Origin: Clostridia bacterium
Lineage (GTDB): Bacteria > Bacillota > Clostridia > Christensenellales > UBA3700
Direction of reading: 5' to 3'
NCBI GenBank assembly: GCA_036653655.1
Contig: JAVVTM010000001.1
Coordinates: 1-32,410, forward strand
Length of the DNA stretch: 32,410 bases
Positions 18,241 to 26,557 of this stretch are shown in pieces. Position 1 is the stretch's first letter; each line of letters starts with the position of its first letter. Under the pieces are notes generated by a model. It saw nothing but the letters and a program-made list of their open reading frames with translations, ran no database searches and was not told the origin of the DNA. A program made the translations under genes and the position numbers.

Positions 18241-18298
18241 TTTTGTGCATATCGCTATTGTATTATTGTTTTGCACATATCTCTATTGTGTTATTATT
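18241..18298. repeat. About 28-bp tandem repeat x2 downstream of engB
   Basis: TTTTGTGCATATCGCTATTGTATTATTG followed by TTTTGCACATATCTCTATTGTGTTATTATT. Confidence 0.75.
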
Positions 18299-18337
18299 TT
18301 TACGCTTTCCGCTGTATATCTTTTGATGTTTTGTGCT

Positions 18338-18385
18338 TATGCGTTCTAATCTTTTGCGTTATATGCGTTCTAATCTTTTGCGTTA
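18338..18385. repeat. Exact 24-bp tandem duplication spanning the engB stop codon
   Basis: TATGCGTTCTAATCTTTTGCGTTA occurs at 18338-18361 and again at 18362-18385. The second copy holds the last four codons and the TAG stop (18370-18372) of engB. Confidence 0.95.
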
Positions 18386-18972
18386 TTTTCACTTAAAACT
18401 TGTTGCAATCTTTCATCAACAGCCTCTATACCCGTTTTGTTTGTGCTTGATACCACCAATATATTGCCTTTGCCAGTAGCTAATTTTGTTGCAATTTCGG
18501 CAACTCGTTTGGTAATTTGCACCTTACTTAATTTGTCAGCTTTTGTTGCAATTATTGTAAATGGAATACTATAAAAATACAAATAATTAAGCATTATCAT
18601 ATCATCGGCAGTAGGCTCATGGCGAATATCAACCAAAAAAAACACATTAATTAATTTTGTTGAATGTTCAAAATAACCTTGAATTAATTTGCCCCAACTT
18701 TCTTTTGTTTTGTCATTAACTTTTGCAAAACCATACCCGGGCAAGTCAACCAAAACAAACTCTTTGTTGTTCATTTCAAAATAGTTAATAAGTTTTGTTT
18801 TACCGGGAGTGCCGGAAGTTTTAGCCAGTTTACCATTGTTTGTAATAAAGTTAATAAATGTTGATTTTCCAACATTAGATTTGCCTGCAATTGCTATTTC
18901 TGGCATTCCATAATCTGGACATTGCTTGTAATCGGCAACAGATATTAAAAATTTTGCGCTTTTAATTTTCAT
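18370..18972 (-). CDS. engB: Ribosome biogenesis GTPase EngB (YsxC/YihA)
   Basis: G1 motif GKSNVGKST, G3 motif DLPGYG, and TKADK (NKxD-type G4). Located directly after lon. Confidence 0.92.
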   Translation of the reverse strand: MKIKSAKFLISVADYKQCPDYGMPEIAIAGKSNVGKSTFINFITNNGKLAKTSGTPGKTKLINYFEMNNKEFVLVDLPGYGFAKVNDKTKESWGKLIQGYFEHSTKLINVFFLVDIRHEPTADDMIMLNYLYFYSIPFTIIATKADKLSKVQITKRVAEIATKLATGKGNILVVSSTNKTGIEAVDERLQQVLSENNAKD

Positions 18973-18974
18973 TT

Positions 18975-21356
18975 TTACCCCAATATTGCGTTTTCAAAAA
19001 CGCTCTTTATGTTGGCAACACTAATAATCTTAAAATCGTTTAATATCCTTTTAGGTATATTATCCAAATCTTTAACATTATCTTTTGGAATAATCAAATT
19101 TTTTATCCCAATACGGTGCGCCGCAAGCATTTTTTCTTTTAACCCACCAATAGCAAGCACATTACCACGCAAGGTAATTTCTCCTGTCATTGCCACGTTT
19201 TTGTTAACTTTTTTACCACTTAAAGCAGATAGCATTGCCGTAGCAAGCGTTATACCCGCTGAAGGTCCATCTTTTGGCGTTGCGCCATCTGGCACATGCA
19301 CATGAATATCATTTTTTTCAAAATCAAATTTGTCACTACCTAAATCGGTTGCATTTGCTTTTAAATAGGATAATGCGGTTGTAGCTGACTCTTTCATCAC
19401 ATCGCCAAGTTGCCCCGTTAAAATCAATTTGCCTGCGCCAGCCATTGCGCTAACTTCGATTGTTAAGGTTTCGCCTCCCACTCTTGTCCAAGCTAAACCC
19501 GTTGCTGTGCCAACTTCGTTTTCGGTTGTGGCGTTATTGATTGAATAAATGCGTTTGCCAATAAATTTGCTGAGATTTTTTGTATTTACAACAATTTTAG
19601 CGCAATCTTCTGCATTAAGATTTTTTGTAATTACAACAATTTTAGCGCAATCTTCCGCATTTTGTAAAGTCTTAGTTTTGCAATTTTCAGTATTATCATT
19701 AACCAACTGCATAACGGCTTTGCGACAAATTTCTTTAACAAATCTTTCCAAATTTCTAACGCCTGCCTCACGAGTGTAAAAGGTAATTATCTCTTTAATT
19801 GCGCCCTCTTTAATTTCAATTTTGCCATCTAAATTGTGCTCCTTAATGGCTTTTGGCACAAGATGTTTTAAAGCAATACTAAGTTTTTCATCCTCAGTAT
19901 ATCCACTCATTTCAATAACTTCCATACGGTCTAACAACGGCGCAGGGATAGTTTCGGTGCTATTTGAAGTTGCTACAAACATAACTTTTGACAAGTCGAA
20001 GGCTTCCTCCAAATAATTATCTCTAAAGTTGCAATTTTGCGCTGGGTCTAACACTTCTAGCAATGCGCTGGCTGGGTCGCCACGCAAACCTTTTGCCATT
20101 TTGTCAATTTCATCAAGCAAAAACAATGGATTTGAGGTGTTTGCCTCTTTAATATTTGACAAAATCCTACCGGGCATTGCGCCCAAATAAGTTTTACGGT
20201 GCCCTCTAATTTCACTTTCATCATCAACGCCACCAAGCACCATACGCACATATTTTTTGCCTAACGCATCGGCGATAGATTTAGCAATAGTTGTTTTGCC
20301 AACCCCGGGAGGGCCAGTTAAACACATAATTGGGGCATTTATAGTGTTGTTAGTGTAAATTTTAACCGCAATATACTCTAATATTCTTTCTTTAACTTTT
20401 TCTAGCCCAAAATGGTTACTGTCCAAAACATTTTTAATTTTTGGCAATTCTTTTACATCTTCGCTAAAATTTTGCCAAGGCAACTCTAAAATAAAATCGA
20501 GATAATTTTTTTCGATAGAAAGTTCTGGCGACATATTTGACATATTTGACATCTTTGATATTTCTCGTTTGATTTTATCCTTAATGTTTTGTGGCGCTTT
20601 TAATTGCTCCAATTTTTTATTATATAAATTTTCTTCGTTATCGCCCTCGCCAAGCTCATCTTTAATTGATTTTAGCTGTTCCTTAAGCACATATTCTTTT
20701 TGTGTTTTATTAATTTTTTGATTAATATTTTCGTAAATTTCATTAGTAATTTTATCAATATTGCTTTCATTTTTTAGCGCTAAAATAATTTTTTCAAGCA
20801 AAACAACAACATCTGACTCCTCCAAAAATTCTTGTTCGTTAACATTATTAAGCAAGCCTAAAGTAAGATTGATTTTTGTGCTAATTTCTGGCGCTTTTTT
20901 AATGATATTAAAAATTTCTTTAGGGTGTTTATGTGTTATAGAGGCATATTCATTTAAAGTTTCGTCCAAAATCCTAGCTGAAGCCTCCGCTTCTAAGCTG
21001 TCTTCAGATATGTAATATATTTCTTCATAATTAGCCAACAAATATGGCGTAACTTTTGTGTATTCAACAATTTTTGCACGGACAACACCCTCAATAACAA
21101 TTTTCATATTATTGTTCGGCATAGTTGCAACCTGCTTCACATTGACAATTGTGCCAACATCATATAAGTCTTCTGTTGAAGGATTAAGCACATCAAATTT
21201 TTTTTGAGTAACAACAATTATTTTACTTTCATAATTTTCGATTGCAAGTTTTAAGGCTCTTTGAGATATTTCTCTGCCAACTTCTATGCTTGTGGCAATG
21301 TTTGGCATAATTGTTAAACCTCTTAACGCAATAACTGGTAAAATTTTCTCATTCAT
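18975..21356 (-). CDS. lon: ATP-dependent Lon protease (LonA type)
   Basis: N-terminal LON domain, Walker A GPPGVGKTT, Walker B LFLLDEIDK, the protease Ser motif PKDGPSAGIT, and the catalytic Lys region GGLKEK. Confidence 0.95.
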   Translation of the reverse strand: MNEKILPVIALRGLTIMPNIATSIEVGREISQRALKLAIENYESKIIVVTQKKFDVLNPSTEDLYDVGTIVNVKQVATMPNNNMKIVIEGVVRAKIVEYTKVTPYLLANYEEIYYISEDSLEAEASARILDETLNEYASITHKHPKEIFNIIKKAPEISTKINLTLGLLNNVNEQEFLEESDVVVLLEKIILALKNESNIDKITNEIYENINQKINKTQKEYVLKEQLKSIKDELGEGDNEENLYNKKLEQLKAPQNIKDKIKREISKMSNMSNMSPELSIEKNYLDFILELPWQNFSEDVKELPKIKNVLDSNHFGLEKVKERILEYIAVKIYTNNTINAPIMCLTGPPGVGKTTIAKSIADALGKKYVRMVLGGVDDESEIRGHRKTYLGAMPGRILSNIKEANTSNPLFLLDEIDKMAKGLRGDPASALLEVLDPAQNCNFRDNYLEEAFDLSKVMFVATSNSTETIPAPLLDRMEVIEMSGYTEDEKLSIALKHLVPKAIKEHNLDGKIEIKEGAIKEIITFYTREAGVRNLERFVKEICRKAVMQLVNDNTENCKTKTLQNAEDCAKIVVITKNLNAEDCAKIVVNTKNLSKFIGKRIYSINNATTENEVGTATGLAWTRVGGETLTIEVSAMAGAGKLILTGQLGDVMKESATTALSYLKANATDLGSDKFDFEKNDIHVHVPDGATPKDGPSAGITLATAMLSALSGKKVNKNVAMTGEITLRGNVLAIGGLKEKMLAAHRIGIKNLIIPKDNVKDLDNIPKRILNDFKIISVANIKSVFENAILG
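19572..19661. repeat. In-frame 45-bp tandem duplication inside lon (42/45 identical)
   Basis: Encodes NAEDCAKIVVITKNL followed by NAEDCAKIVVNTKNL, at the AAA+/protease junction. Confidence 0.95.
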
Positions 21357-21511
21357 AAATTTCTCCTACAATTATTATACCTTTAAAGCTTGCTAAAAGC
21401 AACTTTATTAAAATGTTTATAGCAGTTTCTCAATATATTTAGTAACAAAACAAGATTAACAGTTTTATAATTTAGTTAATTAAAGATTAATAAGTTTTGT
21501 GGGTTTTACAT

Positions 21512-21547
21512 AAAAAAACCTCTTAATTTAAGAGGTTTAATATTTTT
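21512..21547 (-). terminator. Rho-independent terminator downstream of clpX
   Basis: 10-bp stem AAACCTCTTA/TAAGAGGTTT with a 3-nt loop. On the minus strand it is followed by TTTTTTTATG. It lies ~170 nt after the clpX stop. Confidence 0.7.
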
Positions 21548-21550
21548 TGA

Positions 21551-21644
21551 TGTTTACTGTTTATTAAAGCATTTATATCTTTCTAAAACATTTTTGCTGT
21601 TTACTGTTTATTAAAGCTTTTTTATCTTTCTAAAACATTTTTGC
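21551..21644. repeat. 47-bp tandem repeat x2 (45/47 identical) plus a partial third copy, in the clpX 3' UTR
   Basis: TGTTTACTGTTTATTAAAGC(A/T)TTT(A/T)TATCTTTCTAAAACATTTTTGC at 21551-21597 and 21598-21644. Confidence 0.95.
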
Positions 21645-21708
21645 TGTTTTGTAACAACATTGCCAAAATTACATTTTGTTTGCGCACATATCACAAAAAA
21701 GTTAGCGA

Positions 21709-22962
21709 TTAAGCAATTTTATCAACCTTTTCTTCCCTAATAATTGTTGGCGTGGTTTCGCCCTTAATTACAGCTTCGTTGATAACAACCTTAACAATGG
21801 TTTTATCTGTTGGGATATCAAACATCAATTCTAGCATAATTTTTTCTAAAATAGATTTTAATCCCCTTGCGCCAGTGTTTAAAGCCATAGCTTTTTTTGC
21901 AACTTCAAGCAGTGCTTCATTTGTAATTTCCAATTCAACGCCATCAAGTTTAAACAATGTTTGATATTGTTTAAGCAATGCATTTTTAGGTTCTGCCAAA
22001 ATTTTAATTAAAGCGTTTTCATCAAGTGGATTTAGCCCAACAATAATTGGCATTCTGCCAACAAACTCTGGGATTAACCCAAATTTAATTAGGTCATCAG
22101 GCTTAATATCCCCTATCAAATCGGCAGATTTGCTGTTTAACTTTTCAACATTACTGCCAAAGCCTAGCGATGTTTTGTCTTTGCGTTTGTCAATAATCTT
22201 GTCTAGCCCAACAAAAGCGCCACCAAAAACAAACAAAATATTTGTAGTATCAATTTGAATACATTTTTCGTGAGGGTGTTTTCTTCCGCCCTCTGGTGGA
22301 ACATTTGCAACAGTGCTTTCAATAATTTTTAGCAACGCTTGTTGCACGCCTTCGCCAGAAACATCACGGGTAATGCTCATATTTTCAGATTTTCTTGCGA
22401 TTTTGTCAATTTCATCAATGTAAATAATGCCAAGCTGCGCCTTTTCAACATCATAATCGGCAGCTTGCAAAAGCTTTAGCAAAATATTTTCAACATCTTC
22501 GCCAACATAGCCAGCTTCAGTAAGCGTGGTAGCGTCTGCAACTGCAAAAGGAACGTTCAAGATGCTAGCCAAAGTTTTAGCAAGTAGCGTTTTGCCACTG
22601 CCTGTTGGGCCAAGCATTAAGACATTGCTTTTTTCTAATTGCACGTCTAAATCTTTATTGTGCGAATTGTTTACTCTTTTATAATGATTATATACAGCGA
22701 CAGATAACACTTTTTTTGCATAATCTTGCCCAATGATGTAATCATCAAGTTTATCTTTAATTTCTTTTGGGGTTAACAACGTAAATTCTTGATTAGCTTT
22801 ATTTTCTTCACGCTCATTTTTTAAAATATCGGTGCACAACTCAATGCAATCGTTACAAATGAAAATGCCATTAGGCCCTGCAACCATTCTTTCAACTGCA
22901 TCTTCTGTCCTGCCACAAAAAGAACATAAAACTTCATTTTTATTATTATCTTGCTTGCTCAT
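21709..22962 (-). CDS. clpX: ATP-dependent Clp protease ATP-binding subunit ClpX
   Basis: N-terminal C4 zinc-binding domain (CSFCGR...CNDC), Walker A GPTGSGKT, and Walker [10 protein letters not shown]. Confidence 0.97.
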   Translation of the reverse strand: MSKQDNNKNEVLCSFCGRTEDAVERMVAGPNGIFICNDCIELCTDILKNEREENKANQEFTLLTPKEIKDKLDDYIIGQDYAKKVLSVAVYNHYKRVNNSHNKDLDVQLEKSNVLMLGPTGSGKTLLAKTLASILNVPFAVADATTLTEAGYVGEDVENILLKLLQAADYDVEKAQLGIIYIDEIDKIARKSENMSITRDVSGEGVQQALLKIIESTVANVPPEGGRKHPHEKCIQIDTTNILFVFGGAFVGLDKIIDKRKDKTSLGFGSNVEKLNSKSADLIGDIKPDDLIKFGLIPEFVGRMPIIVGLNPLDENALIKILAEPKNALLKQYQTLFKLDGVELEITNEALLEVAKKAMALNTGARGLKSILEKIMLELMFDIPTDKTIVKVVINEAVIKGETTPTIIREEKVDKIA

Positions 22963-22970
22963 TAAAACTC

Positions 22971-23558
22971 CTATTTGCTGCGTTTAGAAAAAATCTTGTC
23001 AACAATGCCATACTCAAGGGCTTGTTCAGCGGATAAGTAACAATCTCTGTCAGTATCTTTTTGCACTTTTTCTAGCGGTTGATTGGTATTTTCTGCCAAA
23101 ATTTTGTTCATTTTTGATTTTATTTTTAAAATTTGTTCAGCCTGAATTGCGATATCGCTTGCCTGACCTTGTGTTCCGCCTAAAGGTTGATGAATCATAA
23201 CTTCACAATTAGGTAAAGCATATCTTTTGCCTTTTGTGCCAGAGCTTAATAAAAATGCGCCCATAGATGCAGCCATACCCACACAAATTGTAGAAACATC
23301 GCAAGAAATATAATTCATTGTGTCATAAATTGCCATGCCAGCAGTAACGCTACCGCCGGGGCTATTAATGTACAAACTAATATCTTTATCTGGCGCAGAG
23401 CCCTCCAAAAAAATTAGTTGCGCTACAATAATATCTGCTGTTTGGTCGTCAATTTCGCCCGTTAAAAAGACAATCCTATCTTCAAGCAAACGGCTATATA
23501 TATCATATGACCTTTCGCCTCTATTTGTTTGTTCAACTACCATTGGTACTAAATTCAT
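22971..23558 (-). CDS. clpP: ATP-dependent Clp protease proteolytic subunit ClpP
   Basis: [13 protein letters not shown], catalytic Ser in [11 protein letters not shown], and His in MIHQP. Confidence 0.97.
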   Translation of the reverse strand: MNLVPMVVEQTNRGERSYDIYSRLLEDRIVFLTGEIDDQTADIIVAQLIFLEGSAPDKDISLYINSPGGSVTAGMAIYDTMNYISCDVSTICVGMAASMGAFLLSSGTKGKRYALPNCEVMIHQPLGGTQGQASDIAIQAEQILKIKSKMNKILAENTNQPLEKVQKDTDRDCYLSAEQALEYGIVDKIFSKRSK

Positions 23559-23604
23559 AAAAACACCTCCTAATAATTATATCAAAAATGTTTAAGATTA
23601 TTCA

Positions 23605-24891
23605 TTAAGCAAATTTATTGTTTTTCTTTAAAAATTCTAACAACTTATTTGTAACAATTTCGTTTTTAATATAAAGTATTTGCCTTTGTTCAGCCTCTTT
23701 TTTATAAGCGTCAAAATCTTTGTTAGCTTCTTTTGCAAAATCCTTTAATCTGTTATCAACTTCTTCATCGGTAACAGTAATTTTTTCTGCATCAATAATA
23801 GCTTCCATAACCAAACGCATTAAAACATTTTTCTTACCGCTATCTTGATATTTTGCTTGCAAATCTTCTCTTGAAGAATTGGTATATTTGTAATAATCTT
23901 CTGGTTTCATACCTTGATATTGCAAACGGTACTCAAATTCTTGAATCATATCTTCAATTTGCTCATCAATCATTGCCTTAGGAATATCAACTTTGCAGTT
24001 GTTGGCGATGGTTTCGATTAAATTGTTTTCCATTTCAGTGTCGGCTTGTTTTTGTTTTTGGCTAGTTAACTCATCTTTAATTGATTTTTGATAATCAGCT
24101 AAAGTTTCACAGCTAGAAACATCTTTTGCAAATTCATCATCAAGCTTTGGCAATTCTTTAACTTTGATTTCGTGCAATTTAACAGCAAAAATAGCCTCTT
24201 TGCCTGCCAAATCTTGTGCGCCATATTCGGTTGGGAAAGTAACTTTAACATCTTTTTCATCGTTAATGTTCATACCAACAACTTGTTCTTCAAAACCCGG
24301 GATAAACATGCCAGAACCAATTTCTAGGTTTTGTTTTTCTGCTGTACCGCCCTCAAATTTAACGCCATCAACAGCGCCAGAATAATCAATAACAGCCATA
24401 TCGCCCTTTTGAACAGGCCTATCGCTAATATTTTCCCAAGCGCCAGCCTTTTCACGAGCTTGCTCAATAGCGTCATCAACTTCTTTTTTAGTAACTTTTA
24501 CTGCGGTTTTTTTAATTTCTAAACCCTTGTAAGCGCCAAGTGTAACTTCTGGTTTTACAGGAACTGTCGCTGTAAACTTTAATGTTGTATCGGTTACTGC
24601 AATAATATCAATTTCTGGGCGCGCAACAGGAAAAACCTCAGTTTCTTTATCCAATGCGTCGGCATAATACTTTGGTAAAATAATATCAAAAGCATCTTCA
24701 AAAAATACAGATACGCCATACATTTTTTCAATAATGCTTCTAGGAACTTTGCCCTTTCTAAAACCTTCTATCGAAAATTTATGTTTAGATTTAAGATAAG
24801 CTTGGTCAATTGCATCTTTCCAATCTTGTTCGCTAACCTCAAATGTAAATTTTACTTCGTTCTTTTCTAAAACTTCTTTAATATAACTCAT
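23605..24891 (-). CDS. tig: Trigger factor (ribosome-associated PPIase chaperone)
   Basis: Ribosome-binding signature GFRKGKVPR, a central FKBP-like region (FIPGFEEQVVGM), 428 aa, located upstream of clpP-clpX. A GGAGGG SD lies 7 nt upstream. Confidence 0.93.
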   Translation of the reverse strand: MSYIKEVLEKNEVKFTFEVSEQDWKDAIDQAYLKSKHKFSIEGFRKGKVPRSIIEKMYGVSVFFEDAFDIILPKYYADALDKETEVFPVARPEIDIIAVTDTTLKFTATVPVKPEVTLGAYKGLEIKKTAVKVTKKEVDDAIEQAREKAGAWENISDRPVQKGDMAVIDYSGAVDGVKFEGGTAEKQNLEIGSGMFIPGFEEQVVGMNINDEKDVKVTFPTEYGAQDLAGKEAIFAVKLHEIKVKELPKLDDEFAKDVSSCETLADYQKSIKDELTSQKQKQADTEMENNLIETIANNCKVDIPKAMIDEQIEDMIQEFEYRLQYQGMKPEDYYKYTNSSREDLQAKYQDSGKKNVLMRLVMEAIIDAEKITVTDEEVDNRLKDFAKEANKDFDAYKKEAEQRQILYIKNEIVTNKLLEFLKKNNKFA

Positions 24892-24920
24892 TTAGTTACC
24901 CTCCAAAATTTGTATAAATA

Positions 24921-24949
24921 ATTTTAACATAATTAAATGGTTTTTGCAA
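24921..24949 (-). promoter_or_regulatory. Predicted sigma-A-type promoter for tig-clpP-clpX
   Basis: Minus strand reads TTGCAA (24949-24944), a 17-nt spacer, then TGtTAAAAT (-10 at 24926-21, with extended TG). Confidence 0.4.
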
Positions 24950-24972
24950 TGAAATTACATCATTATTAGAAT
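24944..24972 (+). promoter_or_regulatory. Predicted sigma-A-type promoter for rqcH
   Basis: Plus strand reads TTGCAA (24944-24949), a 17-nt spacer, then TAGAAT (24967-24972). An alternative is TTGCAT (24977)-17-TATAAT (25000). Confidence 0.35.
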
Positions 24973-25021
24973 ATATTTGCATTTTATCATTTAATATTAT
25001 ATAATTCAATAGAGGTAAATT

Positions 25022-26542
25022 ATGCCAAAAGATATTATAACATTAAATGCTTTGGTCGCTGAATTAAACTCCGCTTTAATTGGCAGTAAGATAGAAAAAA
25101 TATATCAACCGCAAAAAGAGCAACTTTCTTTTTTGTTGCACAATGCGGGCAAAAAACAGTTGTTTTTTTCTTGTTCTAGCAACCCAACCATTCATATAAG
25201 CAGTGTAAAAAAGGAAAACCCAGCAAACCCACAAACTTTTTGTATGGTATTGCGCAAATATATTGGAAGTGGTATCATTCAAAATTTTAAACTTTTAAAC
25301 AACGATAGGATTATTGATGTTTCCATTTCAGCTACAAACGAGATGATGGACATTACAACCTTCCATTTGATTATAGAAATTATGAGTAGGTTTAGCAACA
25401 TCATATTAACCGATGAAAGCTACAAAATTAAAGAGGTTGTAAAGCCAATTGCCTTTGACAGCACCACAAAAAGGACATTACTTGCAGGCTTTAACTATCA
25501 ATACCCACCGCTTACAAAAATCAGTATTTTTGAGCCAGAAAAAGTTTTAGAGTGCTTGCGCAGTTACGCAAATGTTAACAGCCAAACAGACAATATTAAC
25601 GGCACTTCTAGTTGCGATAAAACTAATATTAACAGCGTTTCTAGTTGCGATAAAAATAACATTAACGGCATAAATAGTAAAGTAAATGTTGGCGATAAAA
25701 CAACTACTAACAATATTCCTACTTGCGATAATGACAATATTAACGGCACTTCTAGTTGCGATAAAACTAATATTAACCTTGAATGTGGCGGAAATAATGA
25801 TGATATTGCAACCTATATTTTAGCCAACATAAATGGTTTTGCGCCCGAAACTTTGCAAGTTTTGCTTAATGAAATTGGCGTTAACCCAAAAGATAGCGCT
25901 TTTGCGCAAGAATTTTTGAAAGTATTAGAAAAATACATTAATATTTTTAATTCGCCTGCTTTTGCGCCAAACTATGCGCGCAAAAAAAATGGTTACGATT
26001 TTTTTGCTGTTCCCTACTCAACAGATTGCGTAAAAACTAGCTCACTTTGCGAGGCAATGGACTATTGCTTTTTAAACTGCGAACAAAAAGTTGTTAATAA
26101 TATTGGCGCTAAACAACTTTACAATGTTTTTAAAGCGTTTAAAGAAAAACAAGAAAAGAAACTAGCAAAATTTTGGCAAAAAATTAATGATTGCGAAAAT
26201 GCGGAGCAAAATAAAATTTTTGGCGATTTAATTTTGTCAAATTATTACAAAATCAAGCCAACAGATAGGCAACTAATTACCGAAAATTATTACGATGAAA
26301 ATAAAGAAATAAAAATTAGCTTAGATACAAATTTAACCGCAAATGAAAATGCGCAAAAATATTACAAAAAATACGCTAAACAAAAGCGCACAGTAACCGC
26401 CACAATGACACAGATTGCTGAAGTTGATAATTTGATTAACTATCTTTCGAGTATAGAGCCAAGCTTTGAATTGTGCCTAACGCCCTCTGCAATTAAAGAT
26501 TTGGAGTTAGAATTAAGCAATATTGGCATTATTAAACTTTAA
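25022..26542 (+). CDS. rqcH: RqcH/FbpA (NFACT family ribosome quality control factor), N-terminal part (NFACT-N, helical and coiled-coil regions), ending at an in-frame TAA
   Basis: NFACT-N hallmarks: IEKIYQPQKEQLSF, FCMVLRKYI, the DR motif in NNDRIID, and EIMSRFSNIILTD. The ORF ends in an A-rich tract where homologues continue. Confidence 0.85.
   Translation: MPKDIITLNALVAELNSALIGSKIEKIYQPQKEQLSFLLHNAGKKQLFFSCSSNPTIHISSVKKENPANPQTFCMVLRKYIGSGIIQNFKLLNNDRIIDVSISATNEMMDITTFHLIIEIMSRFSNIILTDESYKIKEVVKPIAFDSTTKRTLLAGFNYQYPPLTKISIFEPEKVLECLRSYANVNSQTDNINGTSSCDKTNINSVSSCDKNNINGINSKVNVGDKTTTNNIPTCDNDNINGTSSCDKTNINLECGGNNDDIATYILANINGFAPETLQVLLNEIGVNPKDSAFAQEFLKVLEKYINIFNSPAFAPNYARKKNGYDFFAVPYSTDCVKTSSLCEAMDYCFLNCEQKVVNNIGAKQLYNVFKAFKEKQEKKLAKFWQKINDCENAEQNKIFGDLILSNYYKIKPTDRQLITENYYDENKEIKISLDTNLTANENAQKYYKKYAKQKRTVTATMTQIAEVDNLINYLSSIEPSFELCLTPSAIKDLELELSNIGIIKL
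25589..25777. repeat. In-frame repeat block inside rqcH: an exact 45-bp pair 144 bp apart, with degenerate ~27-bp units between
   Basis: GACAATATTAACGGCACTTCTAGTTGCGATAAAACTAATATTAAC occurs at 25589-25633 and 25733-25777. It encodes DNINGTSSCDKTNIN, with SSCDKNNIN and PTCDNDNIN variants between the two copies. Confidence 0.95.
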
Positions 26543-26557
26543 AAAACAAAAAAAATA

